Notes: a model not told the origin generated them from the sequence alone. A stretch of DNA of 64,000 bases from Anthoceros angustus (GCA_010909165.1 MU008199.1:138617-202616); one strand, 5' to 3'; positions 38,791-52,140 are shown, counted from the first letter of the stretch. Translations and numbers: made by a program.

Positions 38791-41200
38791 TTGCAAAGCT
38801 CGGACATATTGCGATCCAAGGTGCCTGAAATTTTAGGCCAGAGTTCTAATGCCTGATTTGGAGGCCTGAAAGGCATCATTTTATGCTTCATTTGGAGGCT
38901 ATGCACTAAACATGCTGCTAGTGCTGTGTGCAGGCTACATCTTTTGTGAATGTCCCTCCTTTTTGCCCATCAAGGACATAGTTCATTTTGCAACCCGCTC
39001 TCTCTGCAATCCTCTCATACATCCCTTTTGGAAGCAAACTGAAGCGTGTGTGCTACATGTTGAGACATGTATTAGGCAGACTTTGAGTGGTCCATGGTCT
39101 TTTGACTATATTGTCTTGCAATTTCTGAACCCTAATATGTTTTGGAGGAACAATGTATGGAAGGAAGCCCGTTATTTCATGCAAGGACAAAAAGCGCATC
39201 CCAAGTATGTCCCAAAGGGTGTGAAGCAGGAGTACTGGGAGGTCTTTTTGAAAGAGGAGCAAGACAAGAGTTGTTGCCCGAGCCAGCAAAAACTCCCTGC
39301 CATGAGGAGGAGCAAGGAGGTGGGAAGTAATAGCTATGCATGTTTTGGATATGGCAAGCGTAAGGGTTGGATGTTTAGAGGAAGTTTGCGAGACCCAACC
39401 ATGGATGAAATCAATGTTGGCACCAATCATGGGGCTTGCAACTTACAAAGTTGAAAGAGTTTTGGATGCAAACTAGAACTCCAACTTTGGGTCCGGTGGA
39501 CTCAAAGGGGCAAAGGACAAGGCGATTAATGTGGACCTTGTTGAAGGATGCAGGCTATTCCATCAAGGAGTGCGATGGGAAGGTCATGGAGGTCATCCTA
39601 AAGCGTAATGTCATAGATAACGGGTAAATGGTGGGGCATTATCTTCCCGCAAAGTTGCAAGCGAGGATGCTTGAGCATGATTCAAGTTAGATCGTTGTTC
39701 GGGACTATTGTGTCTATTTTGTGATAGCGTTCTGTTACATCCTCTCTACCAGACGCTTCGTTGGCTCATGACACGAAATTCCTTTACAAGGGCAAAGGAC
39801 TCGAGTATGGAAGCGCAAGGCGTGATACTTTACTCAGGAAATCCTTCTCCTCTTATAGGAGGACCTCCACATACAAGACAAATTGGGTACACCCATTTTG
39901 CAAAGCTCGGACATATTGCGATCCAAGGTGCCTGAAATTTTAGGCCAGAGTTCTAATGCCTGATTTGGAGGCCTGAAAGGCATCATTTTATGCTTCATTT
40001 GGAGGCTATGCACTAAACATGCTGCTAGTGCTGTGTGCAGGCTACATCTTTTGTGAATGTCCCTCCTTTTTGCCCATCAAGGACATAGTTCATTTTGCAA
40101 CCCGCTCTCTCTGCAATCCTCTCATACATCCCTTTTGGAAGCAAGGCGTGTGTGCTACATCTTTTGTGAATGTCCCTCCTTTTTGCCCATCAAGGACATA
40201 GTTCATTTTGCAACCCGCTCTCTCTGCAATCCTCTCATACATCCCTTTTGGAAGCAAACTGAAGCGTGTGTGCTACATGTTGAGACATGTATTAGGCAGA
40301 CTTTGAGTGGTCCATGGTCTTTTGACTATATTGTCTTGCAATTTCTGAACCCTAATATGTTTTGGAGGAACAATGTCTGGAAGGAAGCCCGTTATTTCAT
40401 GCAAGGACAAAAAGCGCATCCCAAGTATGTCCCAAAGGGTGTGAAGCAGGAGTACTGGGAGGTCTTTTTGAAAGAGGAGCAAGACAAGAGTTGTTGCCCC
40501 GAGCCAGCAAAAACTCGCTGCCATGAGGAGGAGCAAGGAGGTGGGAAGTAATAGCTATGCATGTTTTGGATATGGCAAGCAGAAGGGATTTCTGGACAGG
40601 TTTAGAGGGAAGTTTGCGAGAGACCCAACCATGGATGAAATCAATGCTGTTGGCACCAATCATGGGGCTTGCAACTTACAAAGTTGAAAGAGTTTTGGAT
40701 GCAGTCTGAAACTAGAACTCCAACTTTGGGTCTGCAGGTGGACTCAAAGGGGCAAAAGGACAAGGCGATTAATGTGTGGACCTTGTTGAAGGATGCAGGC
40801 TATTCCATCAAGGAGTGCGATGGGAAGGTCATGGAGGTCATCCTAAAGCAGAATGTCATAGATAACGGGTAAATGGTGGGGCATTATCTTCCCCGCAAAG
40901 CAGCAAGACAAGCTGAGGATGCTTGAGCATGATTCTGGTTAGATCGTTGTTCAGGACTATTGTGTCTATTTTGTGATAGCCTGAAGTTCTGTCCTCTCTA
41001 CCAGACGCTACGTTGGCTCGCAGCCGGCACGAAATTCCTTTACAAGGGCAAAGGACTCGCGAGTATGGAAGCGCAAGACGTGATACTTTACTCTGTGAAA
41101 TCCTTCTCCTCTTATAGGAGGACCTCCACATACAAGACAAATTGGGTACACCCCATTTTGCAAAGCTTCTGGACATATTGCAGGCGATCCAAGGTGCACT
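38791..41200 (+). mobile_element. Tandemly duplicated CACTA (Ptta/En/Spm-like) transposase-associated fragment
   Basis: HPKYVPKGVKQEYWEVFLKEE…S(Q)QN…ACFGYG resembles TnpA/Ptta-type regions. The unit restarts at ~38791, ~39898 and ~41158, with an internal ~118-bp duplication at 40040-40260. Confidence 0.45.
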
Positions 41201-42069
41201 GGACCGAAAACTGTGCTCGCTCGACCAGGAGTATGGTTTGCCAACTCGGTTGTCACTGAGGAAATTCCACCAAATCCCGAGACAACACTTGCGGTGACCA
41301 CGTCAGTCGTCTTGCAGGTCGAAATAGAGGATAGTGAAATCTAGGGAGAGGAGAGAAAAGACGATGCAGGAGAAATGGGAGAAGATACGACAGAGGAAGA
41401 GGAACAGGTCGCTCGTGTTACCACCCAATCCCAGCGACGCCGGAGGAAAAGATGAGAAAGCCGAAACAATAAGAAGGAAACTCCGCGGCAGCAGGAGGAA
41501 ACGAAATCCGGAAGAAGAGACACGATGGAGGAAGAGGACATGGAAGAATACATGTTTACGGAAGAAGGACCGACTGTGACAAAGGTATTTCCACCAGACA
41601 TCAGTCAGGTCGCCGCCGATTTGTTGGCCGACGAGTTGAGGAAGCTTACTCGACAGGTTCGTGGTTCAGAACCTTAAGCTTTTTCGATGACGGAGCATCT
41701 GGAGGAGGAAAGAACCAGAGATAAAGTGGAAGCGGCGATACCTGCAGCCAGAAGGGAAAAAGGTAGCGAAGCAATGAGCGAGAAGGTTACCACTTTTGCA
41801 AACGCGCTCTTAGACCAGGAGTTCCTGATCTCATTGCGACAGCTTCTTGTGGATAACCCCAAGTATCGAAGGCTACTACGTGATGTTGTTAGGGGGGTTC
41901 AGGCAGGACCGCCTCTCAGAAGATATCACTAAGACGCTGCTCAAAACTGCTTGAATTTCCATTGCCAGTCCCATTCTACAATACCATATCCAGAGATGGC
42001 GATATGGCCACATTTCTGTCCTGTTGCACTTCAGAAGTCTCATCACAATCACTTAGTGTGGAGTGAAGT

Positions 42070-42310
42070 TTTGTGTCTAGGGACACAAGGAGGCCACATT
42101 TATCCTCTATGTCGTTATAGTCCTAGGATTCGATCCCAAGGGAATGGTTTTGTGTCAAGATGTTCTAAAACTATGGACTCTAGTCCTCCTATAATCGCCT
42201 CACCCAACGTGATCAACTACCACCGAGTCCACCACCGGTGGTGGCTCCACCACCGTGGTGGGTTCGGCCACCGGTGGTGGCTCCACCACCGTGGTGGGAC
42301 CCACCCGACC
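42070..42310 (+). repeat. Dispersed repeat (copies at ~47790 on + and ~49200-49305 on -) with CCACC/GGTGG palindromic tail
   Basis: Core CCACATTTA(T/C)CCTC(T/C)ATGTCG(T/C)T(A/G)TAGTCCT(A/G)GGATTCG(A/C)TCCCAAGG(G)AATGG occurs three times. Confidence 0.8.
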
Positions 42311-43299
42311 GGCACACGCGCGTCGCGATCGACTATTTGGCGCCCGGTTCCCCTGCCATGCCCGTTAAGGGTTATGGTCCTATGCACACAGATTCACATA
42401 TACACCAAGTCACACTTATGTGGATTCACACCCAGAGTTCACTGGTGGATGCAAACCATGGCCACGCACACCGCGGCACCTCACTCCGTCGCTGATTTCC
42501 TCTGACCCCACAATTTATTCCCAACCTTCCTCAGCGTTCCGAGTTTTCCAGACTCTCGCGCTCACCACTTCCTAGACTCCTCTTCACACAACGACTCACT
42601 CACCCCCTTTCTTCCAGGACCTCATACACCACCGCGCACAAGATGTTCCCACAGATCCTCCTCTCTCAGGCCACACAGACCTCTCTTGGGCCACACAGAC
42701 CCCTCCTCAGGCCACACAGACCCCTCCTTGGGCCACACAGACCCTTCCTTGGGATTAGACACAATCTGGTTAGACAGCGGGGTGGGAAAAGAAAAAAACA
42801 GCTGGTCGGCTCCACAAGCGATTCACACACCCGCGAACTCACCCCTGTCCCCTGCGGGAATTTCCCTCTCCTGGCATGCATTGAGCACCCTTCACCACCA
42901 GTCACCCCAGACGCGGAGCTTGGTCACTCAACTCTCGACCATCCAGGGATCTCCCCGGCCCTCTTGTGACGAGAGGACAGCACATGTACATCGAATCAGT
43001 CCGTCATCGATCGAATATCTCCAATCAACCTCGCGCGCAGATTCGACACACGGGAGCTCACACCTGAAATTGTCTAACGAGAGAGACACGAAGGGGTCTC
43101 TTATACATCCGGCCGCAGAGCGCCATACCTCACTTTTCCAGTGTCTAAAGATGGCTAACCTACCTCCAGTGTCTAAAGATGGCTAACCTACCACGAGCGC
43201 GCCTACCAATTCGGGTATTTTTTTTTTAATTTGGTATTTTGAAAATAAATCAAAACAACCCCGGGGGAGAAATCTTCAGCAAGGGTTCTGATTCCCCTA

Positions 43300-44294
43300 T
43301 GTTACACATCGTATCATCCCAACAGGAAGAGTATCGATTCGGGTATCTACAGGTTCACAAGCTTCCTAGCACCTTATCCTCTAATCCAAGTGAAAGCCCT
43401 GACCTATGATGCCACTCCCCTCTAAAATCAGCGCGCCCGCCTCCGCTGTGGCTGCCTAACCCTGCAGCCCATGGGTGTTCCCCTCACTCTCCTACCACGC
43501 CTCTGATCCGGAAGATCCTCCCTTAATATCTCCACCTCACTCCCGCTATCTGAGGTCCCTTCACTCCTCCTAGGAGGCGTCGTCCGTCTACTGCCCCTGC
43601 GCACGTTTCCTTGCTCCTCATCACTGGACAGCCAAACAGTGCGTTCCTCCATCCACGCTCTAGCCTCCGCCTCGCTCATTTCCTCGAGCACAACCTGTGA
43701 AGGGTATGCCCAGCTCCCGTGGACAATCCTGGGCTGGCTGCTTCCTGGAATCCGAGGGATTTGCATCCCCTCCTATAGCGCTCCTGATGGTGGCTTCCCC
43801 CACCTCGGGTCCTTCTTCCGCGACGGTGGCCGGCTCCACCACCGTGGTGGCTGCTTCCTCAACGGTGGCTGGCTCCACCACCGTGGTGGCTCCACCACCG
43901 GTGGTGGCTCCACCACCGTGGTTCTTTGCTTCTAGCAGGTGTTTCGACCACATGATCCGACCTTCTGCCCTTCTTGACTGCCTCTCTCTTAACCCTGGCC
44001 CTAGCCTCATCTCTCTCCCGCTTATACCTCTACACTAGCTTCTTGAACTTCTCCAGAGGTGCCAGCGTCTCCACTTGTTCTTGGGCCCTGTTGCTGAATG
44101 AAGGATCCCCCACCTTATATAGACAATTTTTATTCCTAAAAATCCCAAGGTCCAAGGACCTTCTAGCTTGGCCTGACATTCACAGGTTCGAGGTCCAAGG
44201 ACTAATTATTTGTAAAGGTAATATTGTCATGGGCCAAAGACCACTTTTAGTATAAAAGTCCTTGCCTTGGACATTTCCTAAGCACTCCATCACA
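43300..44294 (-). mobile_element. Possible solo LTR / retroelement fragment
   Basis: TGT…ACA boundaries and a TATA box (CTATATAAG) on the minus strand near 44115. No TSD was found. Confidence 0.35.
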
Positions 44295-44399
44295 CAAAAC
44301 ATAAGAAAAACAAAAAAAAACATTCAAACCAACAGTCCAGGGGAGGGTTAGTGTACATGTGGTCTTCCACACTTGGCATAATAGCTTGCAACTGAGGGG

Positions 44400-46930
44400 C
44401 CACTGAATTATCAATGTTGAAACGTGGAACAGTAAGGTTGCTCAAACTGGTGGCTGAGATTGCATCTTTAGTGGCTAGGTTCGAAATCTGCCAAAAGTAC
44501 AGAATCAAACCAACTCCAAATGAAATAGGAATGGCAAAACAATCATGCAGAAACTTAACCTTGTCAACATTTTGAATTTAAATGAAAGACCCTGTCGTTG
44601 GTTTGTTGTGGATCTGCAAATCCTGAGCACTGCTTTCAAACACTTTATCTGCATCCATGGCTCCACCGTCCTTCACCTGGTAGTAACAACATGAAAATAG
44701 GGTTAAAACAGATCACCCGAAAGGACCTGACAGTAAAAAACGAACATGACGAAAACAATCTGAACTTCAGGACGCCAAACGCCACATAGAGGAATATCTG
44801 GTTTATTGCTGACGTTGTTCTGCAGTCTGTTTCCATGATGGATAACAGGGGTGGCAATAGACAGCATGACGTTTCAATTAAAATAGGAGTCAGAACACAA
44901 TAAAAATAAAAGGCGATTCTGAAAAACAGTCCACAAACTGCAAATACACTTACATCTTCGGGCTGACTCGCGAATACAACTTCTGGAGTCACATTGAGGA
45001 CAGTTGACGGAAGCACACCCCGCAGATCGTCCTGCATCCGATTAAGTTCTTCATTCAGCAACTCTTTGTAAGATCTTCATTCACCAGGAACAAGAACCCT
45101 TGCTGCTGCTACCTGTTTTGCTTGCCCTGAATGGTCATGTCTGCAAAAGACAAATTATCAGAAAAGAATATAAAAATGGCATCAACAAGATAAAGCGGCC
45201 ACCACAAATTACCTTGAGAATGCAGCATCTGTTTTGTGCCCAATAACACTTCTGCCGGCGTCAGAGGGCACCTAAGCTATAGTTAGACGTGTAATCATTG
45301 TTACACGATAACTCTTGTTGGTGTAATAGCCATCAAGTCCAGCTGCTTCTGTCATCGTCTTCATGTATCGTGAAATCATCTCTTTGGAAACGCGAAGTTT
45401 TGCATACCACGCCTAGTCAAACAATTTCTCGTTGGTGTGATATAGGAAGAATTACCAAGAAATCAGAAGAATTTAACCTTACATTTGATCTCGGATTGTC
45501 AATTGGCGAGTTGAAGAGAAACCCTTGGATAGCCTTATTTTGGTCACTTTCAGTCCACTTTGGCGAGTGGTCGATGACAGCTCAAAAGGTTTGAATCACA
45601 TCCAACTCATAGTTTTTAACCTTTGGCCGGAAGTGCTCACTTTGGTAGTTGTGCACATCAACTTTGTAAATTTTGGACATACGTTCCTCATATCTGCAAA
45701 CAACAGACCAAGAAATTTCAACCAGTATCCTTTCAACAAAGAGGTAGGGACATACTAAACAAAATTCCCGCCAGAATCTGATGCGAAGGTAAAGTCCTTG
45801 ATTAGAAGATTGTGCAACTCCTCTCCATCACGAACCCCAAACCGATTCATAGAAAAGTATGCACACGTGCTCCAGTAAACAACTTAAGCTCAGATACAAG
45901 CAATTTCTTCAAGCTTAATACGAAAATAAAGAGATGAGGGACATACCTTTTTTGAGCACCACGTCCGAAGGGACACTGGTGGTCCCTGTGGGCTAAGATC
46001 CTCCACTCATCATCATTAGAGATAAGCTTCACCTCCTTTCGGCACGAAACAATACCAAGGTCCTTGCTGATCTTCATCGAGGCAACCAGGGCGGCCTGTG
46101 CCCCATGAAATATGCCAAAAACATATTGATTATTGGAACATCAGAACCCAAACGGCTCTGATCCAATACACATTTCTTATGAGAATTCGATTGAACCCTC
46201 GAAAGAAGGACATCAACCTGCACAAGAGAAAAGAGTAAGAAACTTGTAAGGCAAAAAACGAGAAACCACATAGGGGCAGAAATTTACGTTTTTGGAGAGA
46301 ATCTGGAGTTATCTTTCAAATTGCGCACTTGATGGAAGAAAGGTATTAGAATGAGGTTCAGATTCCTATGAGGGATGTCTTCTATCACTCTATCCCAACC
46401 CTTGACACCGCTAACTTTCATGAACGCTTTCAGACGACTACGACACCAATTATTTTGATGTTTGGACTTATCCTCACCACCACTCAATGCATTATCAACA
46501 ACACCATCAAGGAGAGAGGGGTCAAACCCCTGATCTCTGAAATTAGCTTCATCCTCAATCTCTTCCATGCCCATTGCAAAATCATCTGCAGGATCCGCAC
46601 ATCTTAATCTTTCAAACGTATCAAGGCACACTTGATCAGGAACCACTTCAGGATTAGGGGCAACCATAGGCATCGAAAACTCACCAAGCTGAGAATGCAA
46701 AGCAGCCCCATGGTTGGCCTGCTGCACCAAGCCTGCCCCACAGACACTTCCCGTCTGTAGACATGCCTTGGCAGCATTGAGGACCATGGTTTCGTTAGTG
46801 ATCAAATGATCATTTTCACCAACATAGACTACACCCCTCTCAGTTACAGGAACATAGTTTGTGATCTCAGACAGTGGGCCTTCTACCAGAGGAACATGTC
46901 GAGTGTCCACACTTCTTCTCTTCTGGGCAA
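44400..46930 (-). pseudogene. Crypton-like (DUF3504) tyrosine recombinase, intron-containing, decayed
   Basis: Manual splicing gives NNWCRSRLKAF…LNLILIPFFHQVR..FSPK|TLMSFFRGFNRIL…MKISKDLG..KLISNDDEWRIL|FGVRDGEELHNLLIKDF|YEERMSK…FLFNSP|AWYAK…MKTMTEAAGLDGYYTNKSYRVTMITRL…VIGHKTDAAFSR|HD, collinear with the DUF3504/Crypton YR motifs. In-frame stops are present. Confidence 0.8.
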
Positions 46931-46940
46931 ACTCGGTTGC

Positions 46941-47760
46941 CAGCGCTATGTACCATACTGCTTAGAAAGGATTTCTCTGTCAAAGGGGTTTTGGAAAAAT
47001 CTCAACCCTATTTCACGGCGAAGTTGGTTTGGTATTTGTTGGTTTTGTAGGTGTTCATCCATCGGTTTGCATTCTCGGCTCGGCACCACTTCTGTCAAGT
47101 CATGTACATGTACCGGCGCTATACTCGTTCATAGCGATTTAGTCGGTGTGATGAAGGGCCAGTGACCTCATTGTTCCATAATTTCGTCATGTCCGTAGTT
47201 TCTGCATTTTGTGTGGTTTTGTATGTTTTTGTATACCAGGGGGCCTAGGCGCGCATAAGTGCGCGCCTAAACAACGCTATGTGCAAACTTGTGCATGCAT
47301 TGTGCAAAAAGAACGCGAAAAATGATCTTCTAATGGGGAAGTATGTCCTTTTGGCGGTCTAAGGATGTGCCGGAACTCCCGACAAAATAACAAGTAGCAG
47401 ACATCGGCGGAGGTTCACCTAGACCACTCTTATGTACCTATCCTATGCCCTAATGCGACGAAGAATACCCTATCCCCTTTTTATTCTTTACGGTGTTTCC
47501 GTCTCTTTCGGCGGTGACCTAACACCGGGTTATCATCAAACATGCCAGGGGGGCCCAACTGGGTGAACAAGTGCATTCACTATGGGGCAAGGGGGCCCGG
47601 GTGCATGCACAAGTGCTACTGGCAAGGGGCTTGGGTGTGCGCAGGGGCAAGGAGGCCAGCGCGCACTTGTGCGCGCACTGGGAAGGGCGTGCGCGCACTT
47701 GTGCGCGCACCACGGGCAGGGGCCTGGGTGTGCGCACAGGGGCAAGGAGGGCCGGGTTGT
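46941..47760 (-). mobile_element. Partial inverted copy of the 242-2119 TIR element
   Basis: Reverse complement of ~1300-2115 (e.g. GACCTCATTGTTCCATAATTTCGTCATGTCCGTAGTTT and the GCGCACTTGT arrays). The terminus CAGCG has a short insertion. Confidence 0.88.
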
Positions 47761-48218
47761 GGGTTGACGACCCATGTCGTGGGGCACGGTGAGGTCCACA
47801 TTTACCCTCCATGTCGTTGTAGTCCTGGGATTCGCTCCCAAGGGAATGGTTTGTGCCAAAAGACGCTACCTTCTATCGCTACCAACCTTTGCCTAAGCCT
47901 GGACTGGACCGCTACTACTCCTTACACCTATCTCCTCTACTACGGCTACCCCCTGTCTTACCCAACTACCACGGACCTAACTCCTCGACCTCAAATCTCG
48001 CTCCACGACCCCGTTCCGGAGCCACTACCGGGTAGTTGCTACAACCACCGAGGTGGGTCCCACACCAAACCCTAGTAACTCATCTTTGTGCGGCGCCGCG
48101 GATCCCTGTCACGGGCGGCTGCCGCTGCTCACAGATCAGATGTTATTCTGCACTCTACACCCCTTGCGCACTCCGTTCCCTAGAGGCCAAAGTCCCTAGG
48201 ATACCTCGCGCTCGCTCC

Positions 48219-48244
48219 TCACACACACACACACACACACACAC
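48219..48244. repeat. (CA)n microsatellite
   Basis: About 12 CA units. Confidence 0.95.
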
Positions 48245-49364
48245 CGAAGGGCGCCACCCCCACACGGTTTCTACCAGAGACGTTGTTTTCCTTGTGCACT
48301 TTCCACTGCAAGCACCGGTTTGAGTTTCTCAATTCACACACAAAACATGCTAATCTTGGAAGGGGGTTAGTATACGGTAAGGGGGTTTTCAACCAAATAT
48401 CGTCGGAAGGGGGTTTGGGATGGGTCGCGTCTGCTTTGGGCAACATCGGTCGAAGGCACGAAAATAAGGGTCGATAAGGGATGAAATTGTCCGGGCGGTG
48501 TCTCCATCACACAAAGGGTTAGCGAGTTCGCCATCGAATTTGGCATATCGACCCATGCTTGCTTACCATAAGTACCCTAAGGACTAAAAGGGAACGGGTT
48601 GTTGAGGCACCTAAATAAACAAGGTCTTTTGAAGACATTGCGGCAATCTTCAGTCATCATTGGTAAAGAATGGTGCTTCTTTCCGAACCGTCCGTCCGAA
48701 CCCATAGTCTTTTGTTTTGGAAGGGCCGCTGGGCGCCACGAACTATCGGGTTTCCACGATTTAGGATTTAGGCATGCGTCGGATGGGTNCATTCCATGAG
48801 AGAGGTGCAGTGGCCCAAGGAGTCTGTGTGGGGAAGAGTGCATGTGGCCCGTGAGGCGAGGAGAGTTCATTGGGAAGGGAAAGGTTCCGGAGAATAGTTG
48901 TGTCTTGTTGGGAGGGATTGTGAGGCGTGTGAGGGAAAATCGAGCAGAGGGATTGTGAGGCGTGAGGAAAATGGGCGTGGGGGGGGCGTGTGGTGGAATC
49001 GCAGAAATTCCGAGTAAGTGAGGCGTATATAGGTGTCCATAGCCCCTAGGTCCGTGTTAGAGAAGCGGTGGCAGATAGACTCCATGGCGTGTGGTGGGAC
49101 CCGCCACGGTGGCGAACCGGCCGCTGCGGTGGCCGAGTCTACCGCAGTGGTGGGTTTGGGCGGTAGCTGGAGTGGGGTAGTGGCGGCGGGGTGGGTCTAG
49201 AATCCATAGATTTAGCACACCTTGACACAACACCATTCCTTGGGATCGAATCCTAGGACTATAGCGACATAGAGGGTAAATGTGGCCTCTTTGCGTCTTG
49301 GATGCAAAAACCCATTCACAAGCTTCACCTTGGACTTATTTTAATTTTCACCTTACATGGGATG

Positions 49365-49860
49365 GGGCGCCGGACGGCGTCCTCCACAGTCAGTGATGGC
49401 GGCGCCGGCCCGGCCCTCACAGCTCATGTGGAGGCGCCCGCTGCCGCGTTCCTCATATCCCGTTTACATCGCGGCGCCGGCTTACATGGTGTGTGCATGG
49501 GCGGCCGGCCGGCAACCATCTGTGCTCTACATGCGGTAGCCGGCCGGCGGCTCACACATGGTGTGTGCATGGGCGCGGCCGGCGGCCACACATGGTGTGT
49601 GCATGGGCGCCGGCGGCCGGCTCGCACATGGTGTGTGCATGGGCGCCGGCCGGCGGCTTCTGCACATGGTGTGTGCATGGAGGCGCCGGCCGGCCGCTTT
49701 CGCACATGGTGTGTGCATGAGCATGGGCCGGCGGGCAGCGCCCTCCATGCTCAATGCATGAAGGGTGCTATCGACTGCGCCTCACATGCCTCGTATGGGC
49801 GCGGCCGGCAGCGCCCCAGTTGTGTGTGTGCATGGAGGGCGTGTCGCCCTCCATGTTGTG
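49365..49860. repeat. ~32-bp GC-rich tandem array CACATGGTGTGTGCATGGGCGCCGGCCGGC
   Basis: About 6-7 copies. The same GGCGC(T/C)GGCCGGCCGGCGCC motif recurs at ~2179, ~2731 and ~3381. Confidence 0.9.
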
Positions 49861-51639
49861 AGCAAGACCTTCTCATTCTTACGTTTGATGTTATATTGTG
49901 CAATTAAAGGACATCGAGAACATCCGGCTTCGATTTCCAGCACTTCATTTTCGAGGTCCAACCGGAAAGGGCTGGAAATTGAGGGTAGGGCCTTAGACCT
50001 TAGCGGACAAAGATATGGAAGAAGGGCTATTTGTTTTCAATGTCCCATCGATCGACTATCAAGTTCGATGCAGTTGAGACCATGATTGCTGGATGCGTGG
50101 CTATTTACGCGCCGCTAGTGCTGCTTTCGTGATGGATGTGAGGGGGTTTCAATAGGCCGATGGATACAAGAAATAGCAGGGAATATGATGTCATGGTGTT
50201 CGAGTTTTCGGAGAAGACAGCGTTAGAGGAATTCCGCTTTATTGTGATGCATGGGTGGAGGACTCCCCGCCGAGAGAATGTGAGGAAGTGGTGCTTAGAA
50301 AGGTGGGATGGTGTCCTTCGTGCAGGACAAGACGAACATACGCGCGGGTGGGCTATGAAACATTGGAGTATGTCATGTGGGCTGGTGTGTGAAGGAAGAA
50401 TGTTCAAGAGACAAGGCCAACATGCTCTCGTGAAGTCACGAGGGAGATTCAATAATCGGGAGATCCATTCATTAGTCACGGCATGGTTGTGAAGAAGTGT
50501 ATACTATCTCACGACAAACGTGGTGGTGTTTCCCTTACCAACGCCATCGGGCCTTATGCGCGGACGCTTGTGGATGCATTTTCCAAAGAAGGAGAGGGTG
50601 GTTGATGCATGTTCCGAGAGTGGCACAACTATCCCGGTGCATTATTGAGTGGTCGAATCACAAGCATCGGTTTGACATATGAGATGCTGGTTATATTCCC
50701 AGCGCATCCATGGGTTTGAAGTGTTACCAAATGCAGAGGAAGAGCTAACATTTGATCCGTATGGACGAGGACCTCCCGCTTTGGCCAAGAAAGTGTGCAT
50801 TAGTGACATACGATGAAAGCCCGGGATTGTGTCTTTACTACGAGAAGGAAGAGAATGAGCGATTTATGATGCTTTGGAAGAGGGCAAAGCGACTACTTGA
50901 TGCGCCGCATGGGGATGATCGAGGCGAGCGACCACTGTGTAAACGACGCCACGCCGAGATTTTCTTGCTCGACGAAATCGATACGCTGACGACCTATACT
51001 AGAATACTTTTGGCGAATGTTGCCGCTGTGTTGATCTTGCCGGTGCAGAGCCCGCTTCTCTTCGCCGCGGAGAGTAGTTTGTTATTTTCGCAGTGAGCAC
51101 ATTTAACGAGAATCGCTTCCCACTGCGTCTCGTATGCTTTTACTATCTGCTGGACAACGTTTGTGCTATAAAGCGCTTAATCGTCCCATAGCCGTACAAA
51201 ATCGAATAGAAACCGGCCGGCACCTCAAATCCTTCTCATCCGCCGCTTTGCCGGACACCGGAACACGACAAAGATGTGCACGCCCCATGGTCGTTTGTAA
51301 TGTCCCTCCCAAATAGGGATATTCGCCGGCCTAATTGGACAAGAGGGTTCACCCTCTAAGTGAGTTTGTATATTAACCCCTTGCAACTTTATAGGTTGCG
51401 TCTGGGTTAGGGCCGGAGGGTGCTTGGACCCAGCCCTTGGTGGCATGGCTCCAATGCAAAGTCCAATCTGGTGTAGGCCTCGAGAGGTTGCAACAATGGA
51501 ATTGCGGGTTGATGACACCTGCGGGGCGGATCACAGGAAGACCCGATGGGCTGGAGCGAGGTGCGGTGTGGGAGGCAGTCGGGAGGTTCATGGAGGTGAT
51601 GGCGTGGTTGGCGGTGGGACATCCAATCCCAAGCACTTG

Positions 51640-52140
51640 ATGACTTTTACATGATCACGAAGTTTTGGACAACTTTGCAACAACGCCCACACGAGGCGAC
51701 GCCCAATGCGGAGGTGGAGAATGAGCCGCATGAGGTGAAGAAGGCCACATCCGGCGGGAAAAGGCCACACTTATAGTGGAGAATGCCACATTTGAGGTGG
51801 ACAAGGACACACAGGTGGACGGGGGCTACGAGGTGAAGGCCACACAGGCGGAAAAGTGCCACACATGAGGTGGAGAATGACATAGCTCGGGTTGAGAAGG
51901 CCACACTAGAGGTGGACAAGGACACGCTTGAGGTGGACATGGAGGGGCATCAGTAGAGAAGGCCACACACACGAGACAAATGCCACACATGAGGTGGAGA
52001 ATGACACACTTGAGGTTGAGAAGGCCCCACTTGAGGTGGATAGGGACACACACGAGGTGGAGAATGAGGACACATCTCATGAGGCGAAGGATGATGGACT
52101 GAAGTGGACAAGGACACATGTCGGTGGAGCGAGGGTGGAG
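51640..52140 (+). repeat. ~21-bp degenerate repeat encoding HEVE(N/K/D)xx heptads
   Basis: GAGGTGGAGAATGA / GGCCACACATGAGGTGGA units, translating as THEVENDTLEVEKAPLEVDRDTHEVENED. Confidence 0.75.

Noticed and set aside
49365-49860. Repeat with short variable linkers as CRISPR-like
   Set aside because: The linkers are variants of one GC palindrome, not unique spacers.
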